64,000 bases of DNA from Fimbriosthenelais zetlandica (taxonomy: Eukaryota). Where the stretch lies: positions 52,204,001 to 52,268,000 of the forward strand of contig OZ365110.1 in the NCBI GenBank assembly GCA_977030845.1, in the 5' to 3' direction. Numbering within the stretch: position 1 is the first letter of the stretch; each line of letters starts with the position of its first letter. This document shows positions 9,851 through 23,860 of this stretch, piece after piece. The notes below the pieces were generated by a model, which had not been told where the DNA came from, did not search any database, and saw only the letters and a list, made by a program, of their open reading frames with translations. Made by a program: the position numbers and the translations under genes.

Positions 9851-12423
9851 TCATAAAAGTGAAAGTTCCGTTTGCCGATACTAGAAAAGATATTCATGAG
9901 GACTTTGGGATCCATTAGATGGTTCCAGTCGAAATCAACCTGTATGGGCCATTAGGTTTATAAAGATTTAGAGGTCGTTATTGAGGGGAAATGAAAAAAT
10001 TTAATACATTATTGTCTCAATTTTGAAGTATATTTTGCGGAACAAGGATGTTTTTTCAGGCATGGAAATTAAGCATTGAGATTTACAGAAGTATCTGAAA
10101 AGCTGGTATCCTACCCAAATGCCTCCTGGGACGTGACGCCTGAGTTCTCCTGATCTGAGCTGCTCTGAGCAATTAGCAAGCTCCTAATCCCTGCACTACC
10201 TTCTCCCATCCACCAGGCAGTGTTAATCCTTCCCCGCCTAATCTCTCCCTCCAGTGTAAGCCTGGAGAGATGGATGGTCAGTGATGGGCGGTGTATCTAG
10301 GGCTAGACTGGCAGCTGCTGCTACTCCTCTAGGGGAGAGAGAGCCTATAATAGGTATTTGAGATGGGATCAGAGCAGGGATACATACAATATGAGGCTAT
10401 AGGTCTGCCATACTCGGGGATCAAGCAGGCCCCACTCATATATTAGCCCAGTAGAGGTCAACACAAGGTTGAACATAAAAGGACCGATCGACTCCATGGT
10501 GAACAATTTTCATCCAGACAGAGTGGGTTGCTTTCCTCTGAAAATCTCAATTGAAAGGGCAATATTCAAATTGTAATTAATGAAACTGCCACGGGAACAA
10601 ACGAGAGAGATAATCTTTTCTCAGGATTCTACTTTTAAATTATCATCGAGGGTTTAAGATGATATAGGAGACCTAAGGCTATCTGAGATCCATCTGGCTT
10701 TAGTCTAAAAAGGGTTCTGAATCCATTAAAAACAAAATTGAACAATTTTACGTCGAATTGAACAATTTTACTTTTACTACCACAGAACGTAACCAAGTAG
10801 ATATTCCAGGGAAACCTTAACTGTAAAATCATAAAATTCTAAAGAAAAATAATTATGTTTTTGTATTTATGATAGAAAAGTTGTACTAGGCCCTATTGTA
10901 CCTCCTTATCTCCCAGTCAGGGCCTATACACCTCGGTAAAGTCCATGCAATGTTTGACCCGTACATCATCAAGTCAATTAAGGCGGGTGAATAGAAGCAT
11001 GACTTACGAATGTGGCTCCATACAGCCTGGATATTACATGCCATCAATGTAAGGTGAATGAATGCTTATATGTGGCCTTTATCGCCCAATGAAGGCACTA
11101 TGGTGTAAGTTTATGTCCTGGCTATTGTGGGTACAATGCGTGCATTGACTAAAGCTTATACAGGGTGGATGTATTCACTATAGGCTAATATCCTGCAGAG
11201 AGGGGATGGAATATGGGTACACATGTACATGTATGGCAGTGAAATGATTTTTTAAAGAAATGACTTTTTTTTAAAGTCATGTTATAACCAAAAATGGGTG
11301 GTTATATAACGCATGTCCTTACTATTTCCATAAGTGCCAAGTGCTAAGTTTAAGTAATCGATGTTTAAAAGTACTTAATCCGAATGAAATCTATATAAGG
11401 ATAGCAATATAATTACATCAAATAAATAAGCAAAAACTAGAACCAAGCTGTAAGTTCGTGTTGGTGAGAATATACAATCCAAAAGCCTGAGTAATGGAAA
11501 AAAATATTGAATGACTGACCCAAGGATTTATCTAAAATGCCAATTGATAAAAATGTAACTTTAGAAACATCTGAATTAATAATGTATTATTACTGTTTGA
11601 AGTTAAAGTTTCAAAAGTCCTCTTGCACACAGCCTAATTGACTCACTCACTGTTTAAAATTAATTCCTGATTCGCCAGTTCTCAACTTTCCCTTAATCTA
11701 GGCTGTTTTAGTGGGGCTGAAATGTTTAAAGGCAATGGATCATTTAGACTGAAGGCGGTTAATGCCATTCTAGGGAAACAGAGCAGGGCTATTCTTGTGC
11801 TAATCTAATGAATTCTGAGGGCCAGAACACACTAAAGCCTCTGCTAGGCCTACAGGAAGCCACTTTGGCATCAGTAACTTTTTAACTGACATTTTGGGGG
11901 GGATTTCTACCAATGCATTATTACATTTCATCGTATCAGATTCATATTCGTTTCAGAATATATAGTATTTCAGGTTGGAATGAGCCACTTTCCAACCGAT
12001 TGGAAAATCAATTCAGTGTGAAGGAAGATAAAACAATTAGAAAAGCCCCTCTGACTATAGCGGGCAAGATCAATCATCTGCTGACGTGAAGCTCTATCCC
12101 AGAGTGAAACCAAATAAAAACCCAATTAAAGGGGCAGTGTAAAATGAGAGGTTTAGATAGGGCCAATTAGAGTGAAAGCTGGAGGGTTAGTATTTCTACG
12201 TGTCTAGGAGGCCTCTATCAAGCAGGAAGTGACCTCAGTTTAATTACTCTAGCGCCTATCCATACCAGAGCAGAGGGACCTCTATTCATGCATGCCCTGA
12301 ATGAAAACGATTATTGGTCTGATGGTAACACAACTCAGCAGAAAACCCCATATCCATGTATATATTCACATTTCTGGTGAAATGCCACCATGTCAAGGCT
12401 ATCAAAGCCTGGGAGGTCATCCC

Positions 12424-12602
12424 TTGTACATATGTTCTAGAGCTCATGCACCTAGAAATATCCATTGCGCGGAAGGCAACATAGTAATGCACATAGAAAG
12501 AGCTCCCAGCTGAAAATCATACGAGAAACTTGAGTAATCAAGAGTGAGAGCTGGTCTTCACCCATAACAGGCTCTATAAAAATTCTAACTTAAAAAAAAA
12601 AA
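12424..12602. repeat. Dispersed repeat, copy 2 (unclassified)
   Basis: Homologous to 1667-1840; ends aaaaattctaacttaaaaaaaaaaa. Confidence 0.85.
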
Positions 12603-14325
12603 TGGAAATTTCCCATGGCAATTTCTCATGAAATACCCTCTATGTCTCTCCAATTAAAGAACCAAGTAAAGTTCGAGAATGGCAATCCACTGGGGCGCGA
12701 CTAAAACCTGTGAAAACCATCAGGGAGGCACGTACCACTGACTGACAAAGAGCTCGGAGAAAAACTCCTCCAAGCATAACTGTGATTGGAGGCTGCACGT
12801 ACTCAGCCCCAGGCCTTCATACTCTCCCACTAAAGTGGACCCCAGACCGTCATAACTACCCTGCTTCATTCCCCGCCATGCATATATGTATTTTGCTTTT
12901 ATAAAAACACCTGATGAAGTGAACGTGCCATGGGTGTTGACAGTTATTGGGTATCACCTGTAGGCCTCCTGGTAGGCCTGTAGGCCTCCTGGTAGCACCC
13001 CAGAGGATTTTTGGTTGCCCATACTGAACTGCTCCCCAGAGGCTGTGACTTGTTGATTGCCTATTACATGAGGGGCAGAAATGACCAGGAGCAGAGCTCC
13101 TCAATGTCACCACATCACGCTGTGTCATCGCCATCTTGAAAGCTACCAGCGTCCTCTTAAATCCCAGCATGAAGCAGCAGCTCTCAGAGATGAAAACTTC
13201 ACATGAACTCAGCAGGTCTTCCTCCTTCCCCCAAACAATTAAAGTTGATGATGGAACATTTTGATGGCTGAAAAATCAATCCCCGGGTTCATGTGGACGG
13301 CCAGCAGATTAAACTGTCAGGCTGCTCATACTTCTTCCCCAGTCTTCCAATTAAAGTGTGGACTTTTTCATGGAATTCTCAGGGCCTAGGCTGGCCTTAT
13401 TTCCGACTGGCCTCAAGAGAGGTTTTGTGGCATTTCATCTGGTATTTTATAATGGAATTCTCATAACTTAGATTAAAATAAACCGATTCAGAACCAGTGG
13501 GATTATCCACATGAGTGGGCATCAATAGACACTGAACCGTGTTAATTATAACATAGGAGAAATTTGTGAAATAATGGGAAAGTTCACCTTGAGTTAATGA
13601 GTACTTTCCAATAACAATATTCATTACTGTAATGCTGCTATCGGATTCGAAGTCACTGTCAAAAAGACATTTAAAAGAAAAGGCCAGAGCTTCTGAGCAA
13701 AACCTTTTTGGCCACAAATCAATGAAAATTGGATCCTTGATTCAAGGCTTTCCATATAGGAACGAATGGATTTCAGTGGACCACGATGAAACCGACCACA
13801 GACATGAGTGACGTTTTGGGACATAAATGTCAGTTCTTAAATGCATTGAGAAAGTACATGCTGGTTTGAATGCCAGCAGTTAACCCCCAGTGAATGGTGT
13901 GGGACTTGGATTGATTTTCTATATTTAAAAGCCTGCCAATGATCGCCAAGCGTTTGATTTGCTAGGTGTTTTATTTGTGAGCAACTCGGTGTAAAATTAG
14001 CTTTGCTGACGTGAGGGCCGATCTGCCCGGCTCCAGCAATAAATAAAGACAGTTTGAGGAGATACCGGGCCTTGTTCATCTACCAAAATCCCCATATCTC
14101 ATCACAATGTGTCTGATCAGGGCTTATTGTTGCAGAAGATATGCATTTATCCTCCAGTTATTTGTTACAGATTTACTGCCAACTCTGCTAACGACAAAAC
14201 TGCTGTAGAGAAAACTATTTATCTGTCCTTTTTAATGTTGGCCCAGGCTATATATGTAGGTCCTTTTATTTCTGACACTATACTTTACCGGTAACGTAGC
14301 ACTGCAGTATTATCTACATTATTAA

Positions 14326-14355
14326 CAAGAATGTGTACATCAAGAATGTGTACAT
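14326..14355. repeat. Perfect 15-bp tandem duplication (CAAGAATGTGTACAT x2)
   Basis: Seen directly. Confidence 0.95.
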
Positions 14356-14637
14356 CATTGTTAAGTGTAACAATTGGAAATCGCATGCCTTCAATGTATA
14401 ATATCAGCAGGTCCGTGCTATAAATGGGGAAATCTTCCTCCTGCAGTATTTCCACCCTGCAAAGTGAAGCCAAGGGCAGCAGGGAGAAAGAGGGGAGAGG
14501 AAATGAAGCATAGCAGCTTAAACAAACAGAGCATCTGGGTGAAGCTCAGCTGGCCAGGGGCTGTATTAAGGACATAATTCATCATCCTCTCCTATACACA
14601 ACTCATTCCCCCACTTCTTCTCTGTCAATCTTACCAG

Positions 14638-14745
14638 GCAGACAATATTGACGCTACGCTGCTCAGGGGAAAGATATTCCTCATAGATGTTGACATAAAA
14701 AGAAAGAGAGAGGAGCAATTGAATCCCGCCATGAGTTTGGATTGA
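14638..14745 (+). CDS. Candidate terminal exon ADNIDATLLRGKIFLIDVDIKRKREEQLNPAMSLD*
   Basis: Long polypyrimidine tract ending ttaccag, followed by a 35-codon open frame. No partner exon or homology identified. Confidence 0.2.
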   Translation, partial: ADNIDATLLRGKIFLIDVDIKRKREEQLNPAMSLD

Positions 14746-15338
14746 TTTCAGTGGTTGACGGCATTAAATGGCATTTCACAGGGACTTAAACCTCCTGTCT
14801 TTACAGCCTATCTGTCCCTGTCTCCACTGTCTACTCCGTCTTCCATTATCTGCTCATTTTCTAAAGTGAGAAGCATTAAGCCACAGGAGGCAATGTTAAA
14901 GCTGACAGATCTGTAAGCTGTATCAAATTCTCTGCCAAGGCAGTCCGAATATAATCATGAGACCAAAGAACCTCATGCCTTTCTTACGGATATAAAACGA
15001 ATATACCCGAGTGAAAGCCCATTGATATCAGTAAAGCCTGCAGAAAAACATGTCAATAATTATAATTATGCAGGAAGCACAGTCAGGTTTGAAATTATTT
15101 ATACATTCTCTGCAGGCAACCTGTATATATCTTAATCCTATACCACTGTGTGTATATAAAGAAAAGCTGTTCAACAATAGCCACAATGAAGCCATTTCAG
15201 AGGGTCTCCATACATCAAGCAACCGTTAATGGACCAGCTCCTAATGCCATGAAAAGTGTCCAATCCTTTAAAGCACCAGCCCCTGCACCGGCCCCTGCTC
15301 AGACTCCTTGTGGTAGACAACATACTATTTTCGACACC

Positions 15339-15539
15339 CTGGGCTCGTTCTTCCCGATCGCACTGTCGCAATTTGCGAATACAAATTAATGCTACTTTGC
15401 TAAAAGAAAATGACTGTTATTCCAACGAGCAATGTTTCCTTCAAATTGATATCTGCTAACGCCAACTGCAAATTGCTAAAAGAAATTTGGTGTCTTAGCA
15501 CTTTTTGCTAAAAGAAATTTGTGTTTAGAATTAGCCCAG
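15339..15539 (-). mobile_element. MITE-like family 2, copy B (201 bp, inverted relative to copy A)
   Basis: Reverse complement of 8814-9084 lacking about 70 bp of internal sequence. Termini CTGGGCT/AGCCCAG, flanked by ACACC direct repeat (15334-15338 and 15540-15544). Confidence 0.8.
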
Positions 15540-17578
15540 ACACCCATGGGTAATCTTTCTTTACTCGGAAAAGAAAGTGTGCAAACTTATTGTTCCTGCA
15601 TAAACATGGAGGGGCTTGATTGCCTCCATGGTGCCAGACTGCTATTTTTTAGATTATTACAGGTGCAATTACAAAGCACAGGTGTCAAAGCATCTCCTCT
15701 TTGTTAAGCTAGAGGAGTAAAAGTCAATACCTATGCACCAGCTCCTGCTCATGGGCGGCTCCATGCATTTATTCATTGGTTTGCTGCTGGGCGGGAGGAA
15801 ATGATGGATGGCGGGTTATTTCTGACTTCTCCACGACCATGAATAATACCAGACAGATGCTCAGGAAGATGTCACAGAAAATATGTAAGGGGAATATCAT
15901 AGCCATATGTACAATGTTACCGAAAGCATGGGTTACTTTCAGAACATTTAACATGCAAATAATGTATATGGCATCCTTTGTCGGTAACAATACCAGTATA
16001 TTTTTGCATTATTTGAAGCCTTTAAAATCTTTACTATGGGCTAAGTCAGAATTATTCTCTTTAGTGACCATGCAGATGGTTATTACATTTTCATTTAATA
16101 CATGGATTTGTATACATGTCTTGGATCATTATTGACAACTCTACTGGTGCCCATGATTTTCAGTGTAAAAGACCTGCTGGGCATATCAATCAGCGTCCAG
16201 AAACTGACTTGACAGCGGAGAAGGCTGTCAGCGGGAGCTGCTCGGAGCAGACCCTTATTAGACCTTTGTATAGACCATCTATAGACCTGTGTATACCTCA
16301 TATTACCTTGGTCTTTACTGCATTATTTTTGACAAATATACCAGACCTAATTATTTTCAGTGCAGAGCACCTGCTAGGTATATCAATGAGACATGAGAGT
16401 ACTGACTTGTGAGCAGGGAAAGCCTTCCGGGAGCTGCTCACAGAGACTGTTCAGGTCCTGAAAGCTTTCCCTTGTTTGACATTTTCTGATTCCCTTATTA
16501 GAGGGCGGAGAGACAGCCATGTCCTATTTGAGCTGAGCAGAACGTGGTAAGTCATGACAATGAATGGTAAAGAGCTCTTTGGGTGCACCGCCCTTACCAG
16601 ACAATGTCCCTGCTTCATCGCAGGCTAAACCAATGCCCCCGCTCACCCCATCATCTTGAAAAATCCCCTCAGACACGTATGGTGGAAGTGGCTGTGCCTC
16701 TATCTATCTAACCAGGGCTTAGAGCCAATGGAACGGATCCAACAGATTGGCCTGTAGCTTCCTAGAGACACACTGGTCCAAAGATTTAATGTTTTTATCC
16801 AGGCAAAAATCTGGTTAATTGAGAAAAATATTTCGTCTCCATTAAAATAAGTCAACTGTTTATTCCAAAGTAAACAGACTAACCTCAGAAATGAATGACA
16901 AATTATCCTTCCCTACAAATAGCTTTTTAAACATGCATTAAAATAACCTGGGAATACCTAGAAGCATTAGGAATAGCTTTGTATCATATCTGAATATTGC
17001 ATGAAGTAGGGAATATTTCATGAAGCAAGCGCCACTTTAGTGTACCCGCCACATTGCTGACTTCATGTTGGCATATTCATCAGATAATGGCTTTGATGCT
17101 TACATGCAAATAAGCTGTCGTGGGAAGCCACTGTGGTAGTCATAAATGTCACACTGTGACAATATGTGGGTTTAGGACTGTCATATAGGTGGATGTTAAT
17201 ACACAACTCCAGTCATGCAAATAAAAAGCTCTTTCCTTTTCCCCTCTCGCCCAGTGACACTGTCAGAAAGGCTTGGAGTTGAACCCTGGACCATTGAGTT
17301 GCCAGGAAGGTAAATTAAGTTGAAGACCTATCATTATCATGCAATTCCAAGAAGGGTTGCCAAAGCCAAAACAGTGCCTACTGGATTAACTCCAAAGGCT
17401 AGTAGCATAGGAAAACGTGTTTTGGCACAGGTCTTGGAGTAGCATACATGGACTTTTTTTTTACAATTTTGTTTTACAAAAGTTGTATTATAATTGCAAC
17501 GAAATAATACCATATCAGAAGCCCATTTAGGCACCCGTAAATGCCTTCGCTCATATATGAAAATTATCCTGACCTTAG

Positions 17579-17681
17579 CATATACCCAGGAGTGTACGAG
17601 GAAGGACATTCAGTAGTTCACTTTGTAGCATTTTGTTATGTGGAGAGCGAGGCGCCTCATAATTTACCCATGATGTGTCTG
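17579..17681 (+). CDS. Candidate exon (phase 2->0) IYPGVYEEGHSVVHFVAFCYVESEAPHNLPMMCL
   Basis: Acceptor tatcctgaccttag and donor CTG|gtgagg; lies inside track ORF 17541-17807. No homology recognised. Confidence 0.25.
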
Positions 17682-20600
17682 GTGAGGGGAAATATTCCCC
17701 TCCCAGGCAGATATCCTAAACTCCAGGCCATCTCTTCATCTAGTATTCACTACCACAGTCGATGCTCCTATCACCAGGTCATTTACAGGGCTACCATACA
17801 AAGCTGAGGGTTTACACGAGTGATAAGGACAGCTAGGGGGTATAATATTTACCCTACAGCTTCCATAATAGCAGCTCTACATACAGGCAAAGTCAGCCTT
17901 CCAACTTCTATATTTTATATTCAGCTTAAGACTTTTAGTCCCTCCATCAAACATAACTTCAGCCCAGACTTACCGACAGTATAAATGATTGATGTTCCAT
18001 TATATTATGTTAGCACTTACGTTTTGTCATAGTTAAAATAATATATTTAATATAGTGCAGAAACAGTGTCTAATGGACAACCGTCCATCATACTTTCATT
18101 GAAAGGATCAACCATTTCTTTTTGACTGTTAAGATACACAAGGGAAATAATTCTGCACATTTTTCCTGTTAAATTTCCTAGGCCTGTATCAAAAGCCAAA
18201 AATTCCTATCAATTGATCTATAGCAGGAATAATATAGAAAATTAAAATAACCTCTTGAGGAATAGAAATTATGTGGGACTCACTAACTGAAAGTCTTGGG
18301 TTTTCAGGAGGGAATCTAAGGAGGACCGTGAATTGGATCTGGCAGCACATCTTCCCAGGTTCCTGGCTTTCAGTCGGGATATCTTACAGATCCTTCTCTC
18401 ACACCAGGGATGGATTAATCAATAGACATATCAGGGTCATATCTGAGGTGATGACCAGTGGTTAGACCCGCAGGGTGGAAACAAATCCAGGCCTAACGAT
18501 GGCCATCACAGAGGCCGGATCACACCACTCCCCACTCAATACATCAAACATGGCTTTACGTGAAAGCGAGAGTGAAGGGCGAAGATTGCTGCAAATTCTT
18601 GTCAAAAAATGTGGCTATTCTTGATATAGAAGAATGGCAGTATCATTTGTAGACAAAGTAAACCTATACTTCAACTGAGTATTAACAGCAAAAAAGTTGC
18701 ATTTGCAATTTCCTTCAAATTAGTTAATTACATTTTGGAATCATCAAATACATTGATTACACATTGACTACTACAAATACATTGATTTTTCATCGATTTT
18801 TTGTTTAAGCTTAGAATAAGGTTTAAGCTACATTATAGACTTAAAGCACAGGTCCCATTAATCGATGCGAAGCCGAGGTGAACCATATAAAGCATCTAAG
18901 CCTGTCGTTTGCCCCTTTAAGTTAATGGTATAGTAATTAGATGCGTCAGGGGACCGTATAATGATAGGTCAGGTATGAAGTGACTAATAAAATGCCGCTA
19001 ATTACACTTGACTATCATTGTGAGCGTTCTAATGATTAGTAAGAGCGGTTAGATTACAGCACTTGGTATAAAGTTGTGAGAGTGATGACTTGATCATTTG
19101 TCAGCTAGGTCCTGATCAGCTGAGAGCCATTGTTAATGTGTTAATGTTATCAGAAAATGAAGTACTTTGTTTAGGAAAGCAGAAAGAGCTTAAATAATGT
19201 AACTGGCTAAATTATCTCATTGTCTCATCACAATGGGGATTATTGGTGAAGTTACTTCCATTTCAAGTTCCTTCAGTTATGATATACATGTACCATTAAA
19301 AAGCCACCGAATCTTTCTGATAGGTTCACATATATATAAAACAGCTTCCAACCCAACAGGTAAAGTTGGCTTCAGTTGATTTCTTCTCAGGACTGTATTT
19401 GCAGAGTCGAGAGAGGTGCAAACAGGTATAAGTGAAAAGAAAATATAGACTGTGTGCAAGCCCACAGCTTTTTCAGCTCATGAGCATTGGATAACCCCAT
19501 CTGTAAATATATGTAGCATTGGTTTACAAGCCCCAAGGCAAAGTAATCCATGACAATTTTAGAAAAATATAAAAGAGAAACAAATTAATATTAGCGATAA
19601 CAGAGCAATAAAGCACCTTTTTAACAAATTGTTGGTAAAAATCAAAGAATATGTATCCATGTATTTATGATAGTTTGAGAGTTTGCGACTGAAGTGTTAT
19701 TTCACGTTGGAAATTTGGAGTAGTTCCCACATCAACTAGCGAGAAATATGTTTCCCTTCCCTGGAGAATGGCCAAGTGGGGGAAGGAAAACTGAGGTTTG
19801 CCTGATCAATGTTGTTACAATAGAGGTACAACAACAATCTCCCAGACCAAGTCAATCATTGATTTACCATGTTGATGCTATCAGCAGTACAACATCACTC
19901 CAACAACACTGTTACACCACTGGTATACATGTATGACGTAAAGATTTCACTTATGCAAAAGAGCACATTTATGACAGTATAATGCTATTAAATGAAGTCA
20001 GAATATTCATAAAATAATGTTGACACCTGTCAAGTTTTTTTGTTACAATGTGTAATTTCGCCTCTATGGAAGCTATAATTATTGCTTGTATTATCTAGAA
20101 TGAAATCCTTTATCTCTTGTTAAATAGAGCAATAAAATGATCATTTCAATAATGATATAACTATTGTTGTTCTTTTCATATCACCCATGCAATCACCCAA
20201 TATCCATGTTAACTCAACCATGACACATATCTATACATGGACAAGCCATCGACCAACATTTTAAAATCTCATTGTCCTAATTTGTATACCTATATTGAGG
20301 TTTACCTTTTGGGTTGATATATTAAAGGTATAGATATATAATTCATATGTATTGGAGGCTGTATTCATATAGCCACATTTGTCACCTGTCTATTGACATG
20401 GAGCCCACCTCCTAGTCTGTGACCTACAAGCTAGACATCACAACAATACCACACCTGTACACCCCTAGGGCTGTCAGTGCACCAAAACAGAGGCAGTGGC
20501 CAACAGCCACCCCTTCATACTACCCCATACACACTGACATACACCCATACACTCGACCATTCCTAAAACATAATGGAATTACCATCAAAGATAACACTCA

Positions 20601-20751
20601 TCATGAGTTCCCAGTGCGCATGCCGATCAACCTAGAAATGATCAAGCTTCGCTGGAATGATAGTGAGTCGAACACACAGAGAGAGAGGAGGAGGAGGTGC
20701 TAATATTTCAATGGGTTTTCCACAAAATAGACCCCTACCTTTCTCTTGCAG

Positions 20752-21008
20752 CTCTCGGTTGATGTTTTGGATGACCGACGCAAAGCTGGGCTGACTGTAT
20801 GTCATACATTGGGTCATTTTGAAGGTGAAGTAGTCTCCCTAGAAGTGGATAGTACAAGTCCTGTCTCCCTTCTTGCCCTTACTCCTGTGTTTTAGTACTC
20901 CAACCACCTGTGTGTGCCTATAGAAAGGCTGGAGATGTCTGCACTTACAATCTGCCACCAACACCACCACTGGGGCTCGATGTAGGGGGAGGTTGGGAGG
21001 GTGTTTAG
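20752..21008 (+). CDS. Candidate exon pair 20752-20824 and 20896-21008 with a 71-bp intron: LSVDVLDDRRKAGLTVCHTLGHFE-VLQPPVCAYRKAGDVCTYNLPPTPPLGLDVGGGWEGV*
   Basis: Both acceptors have strong pyrimidine tracts, the donor is AAG|gtgaag and phases are compatible. The same DNA also gives an exon-like frame on the minus strand, so this may be chance. Confidence 0.2.
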
Positions 21009-21139
21009 GGCATGGTGACATGGGGTGGGGCTCAATGTGAGGGATGAAAAAGAAGGTGGAGGTCAGTTGTTAGACCATGCGCATTGTTCTCGGCATTTCG
21101 CCCGCGCCTTTATGGGTTGAATAGTGGATGGGAATGGAG

Positions 21140-21270
21140 CTATGGCGGTGGTTGGTGGCTGGTTGAAGCAGTTATCTGCCAATGCTGGGTATAAGGATGG
21201 CAGTTCTGCTGCTGCTGCTCCTCTTGCAGACCAAGCATCACAGCATCACCAAATGCCTGCCCAGGGCTGC
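21140..21270 (-). CDS. Candidate terminal exon (phase 1) GSPGQAFGDAVMLGLQEEQQQQNCHPYTQHWQITASTSHQPPP*
   Basis: Phase-compatible with the 24065 donor, GC-rich, with a CAG run. The acceptor (gacgttatag) is weak. Confidence 0.25.
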
Positions 21271-21867
21271 CTATAACGTCATAGCGCCACCAGCGCCATC
21301 TCTCCTCTCATCTCAACACTTCATAAATTGGCTTCGCGCCATTTGGTTGCACATATAGCGTCAGCATGGGAATTTTTTCTCTATGTAAGATCAAGGCCTT
21401 GCTAGTTCAACCATATGTACTGCATCACTTTCATTTTGTTTTATCTAGGTTGATTTATCTAGGAGGGGAGGGGAGGGGAGGGGAGGGGGAAGGGGTGGAA
21501 TTATCATGGGGGTTCCATTTCACATATTAATATTTGTAAGCCTATACTTTCACTTATCCGAGTTCAGTTATGCCATTTTTCGTTCATCTTTAAAGAAGCC
21601 GTTTAGCATGCAGATGAACAGTATGCTTCTTTGTCTATAATTAATATATATCTGGTAATACTTGTAAAATGGAATTTCTATAATATGAAATACCTCTTGT
21701 ATTGTGCTGCCAGTATTACCAACAAAAATATCAACCAGAGAAAAATTAACTCACAAATCCGTGTGTCATTAGTGATCCAGCCTGCAGCAGGACATGTGAG
21801 GACATGAAAGTGAGCCCTCCATATATACATGGACAGATGACCAGGTCTGATTCCATCATGATCAATC

Positions 21868-21881
21868 GTTGCCGGGGTAAC
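21868..21881. promoter_or_regulatory. RFX X-box-like palindrome GTTGCCGGGGTAAC
   Basis: Matches the X-box pattern GTTNCC-N(0-3)-RGYAAC; the symmetry extends to TCGTT...AACGA. Confidence 0.25.
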
Positions 21882-23860
21882 GACCATGAGATTAGCCCAA
21901 TGATCAAGCTAATACTCTCCAGCACATCTTCCTTCCTTATATATATATATTCCTGCACTTGGAAACTTCTAATTAAAAACCCAAAATGATAGTTAAAGTC
22001 TGCTAATATCTTTAAAAAAAATTCGAACATTTAAAGTCAATACCCAAGGGTTCAAATAGGTCAGTTTGTGAGAAGGAAACGAGCTGTTCTGTGGTAGATT
22101 TGACTACAGGAGTGACCATTCACTTTTCTGCTATAGGCAGCATTGTCCCACCAAAGGGTAGTTAACCTAGAGGCCCGGCTACAAGCTTAGTGTCTCTTAT
22201 CTCTGGCCTACAGTTGGCCTTCTGAGACTGTTTCCCTACTTCACCTATCCCAATCACGTTGTTGGAGAGCCCGTGGCTGGTATAAATCTGTCCAAATACT
22301 GGCCATATGGTATTATTTTCATTCAACTTTCAGGTGCTATAGTGACAACTGTCTACATAAAAATTCTCGTACCCAATAATATACCTGTGGTCATTTTAAT
22401 TATAAAAATTATATATTTTTTATTGATATGCTGAATGAATTTGTTTCCTCAGGTTCAGCACAGTACCTGTCTAGAGGGATAGATTAACTTGTAATTTAAA
22501 CTTGCCCGTATATTTTTATGGATGTTTAACTGATAATCTCTTGGGACCAAGGCTGTATCAGAAGCAACTTGAAAACACACATTAAGTGTGGCTCAGCAGT
22601 AGTTCCTATTATCAATATTGTAAGCACCCCTATACTACCCCCAGGCTTCACTCTGACACAATAATGAATGTTTAGTGGTAGGACCTCAGACTTTCTACTA
22701 TACTATATCTTACTGGAGCCTATATGCTGGCCTATCACGTATTCTCATTATGGCAGCTTGTGGTATCGGCCAAGTATGGGAAATCAAATGTAGAGACTGA
22801 GTGGTCAGATTTTAGTGGCACCATGCAGCTTTGCTGCTAACAGGTAGTCCGGGTTGGTTGGGGTCGGGGCGGGGGGGGGGGGGGGGCGTAAATATCCACT
22901 TTTCTATTTTTTTTATACTGACAACTTGGGGGGAAATAAAGGATTGCTGGATATTATTTTAGCAATGAAGAGAAACAATGTTCTGATGAAATCCATTGTC
23001 CAAAGTCACCAATGGTTTCAGCTGGTGTAGTCGTTGGAGTCGACTAGGGATAGGTATGAACATGAACATATATATATTTTTTTGTATGCAGCAGGCCTTC
23101 CATAAGCCTGTTGAGAGGAGGTTGAGGCTCAGGTGGTGACCGGTGTATTATGGAGAGCGCTGTCTGTGATGGAGACAGGAACTATACACTTAGAGCTCAT
23201 TAGAGTGTAGAATGGAGGATTGATGTTGGGTCTCTAGCCTCGCCTATAGCTACCCTTCCACCCAATACATCATCTCCTCTTCTAACTTATCTGTTTACTG
23301 CCCATTGCTTTTTTTGGCGCTTGATTTTTGTTCAAAACTTTTGCCTTCTATTCTTGCTCGTTAATTGCTCTCAATCCTTTTTCTCCAGTCCCTACACACT
23401 CCTTCAATATTGATATTAGTGCAGGAACTTAAAAATTTCTTAATACAATTCCCATTCTAACTATTTAGTCTAGGCTGCTTGTTATAAAAATACTTGTCTA
23501 AGAATCATAATAACTATAAACACCAGGGTTTTAGCATTCTAACACTATTGTCCCCTTAGGAAGGTATTCTGTTCACCGGTGTTGCGCTTCAAGTGCTGTA
23601 TGTGGAGGTGGCTCCATCTCTTTCAGCAAACCTACACTAACTCCCTACCAGCTAGTCAGTAGACACAAGTTCATGGTTAAAACACTAGGTGACAGCACTG
23701 AAGGCACGACGGGGGCATTCGGAACCAAAGTGGGTATATTTAAACAATGTTTATCTTCCTAAAAGTCAGAACTTTTCCTTATGAAATGTGTGTGTATCAA
23801 GTCATATGAGGTAAAGCAATAAATTCATAACAATTAGGCACAATGTATGTGTCAAGTAAT

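Noticed and set aside
13250-13420. VHVDGQQIKLSGCSYF...FSWNSQ resembling a LINE RT thumb
   Set aside because: The YLG motif is missing and there are no flanking RT motifs; cannot be told from chance.
18470-18500. VETNPG resembling a 2A ribosome-skipping peptide
   Set aside because: Reads RRVETNPGL, lacking the conserved D and final P. There is an in-frame stop just upstream and no downstream ORF.
20733-20842. Minus-strand exon-like frame GDYFTFKMTQCMTYSQPSFASVIQNINRELQEK
   Set aside because: The same bases give an equally good plus-strand candidate and it does not chain with the minus-strand model. This shows the false-positive rate of exon spotting by eye.
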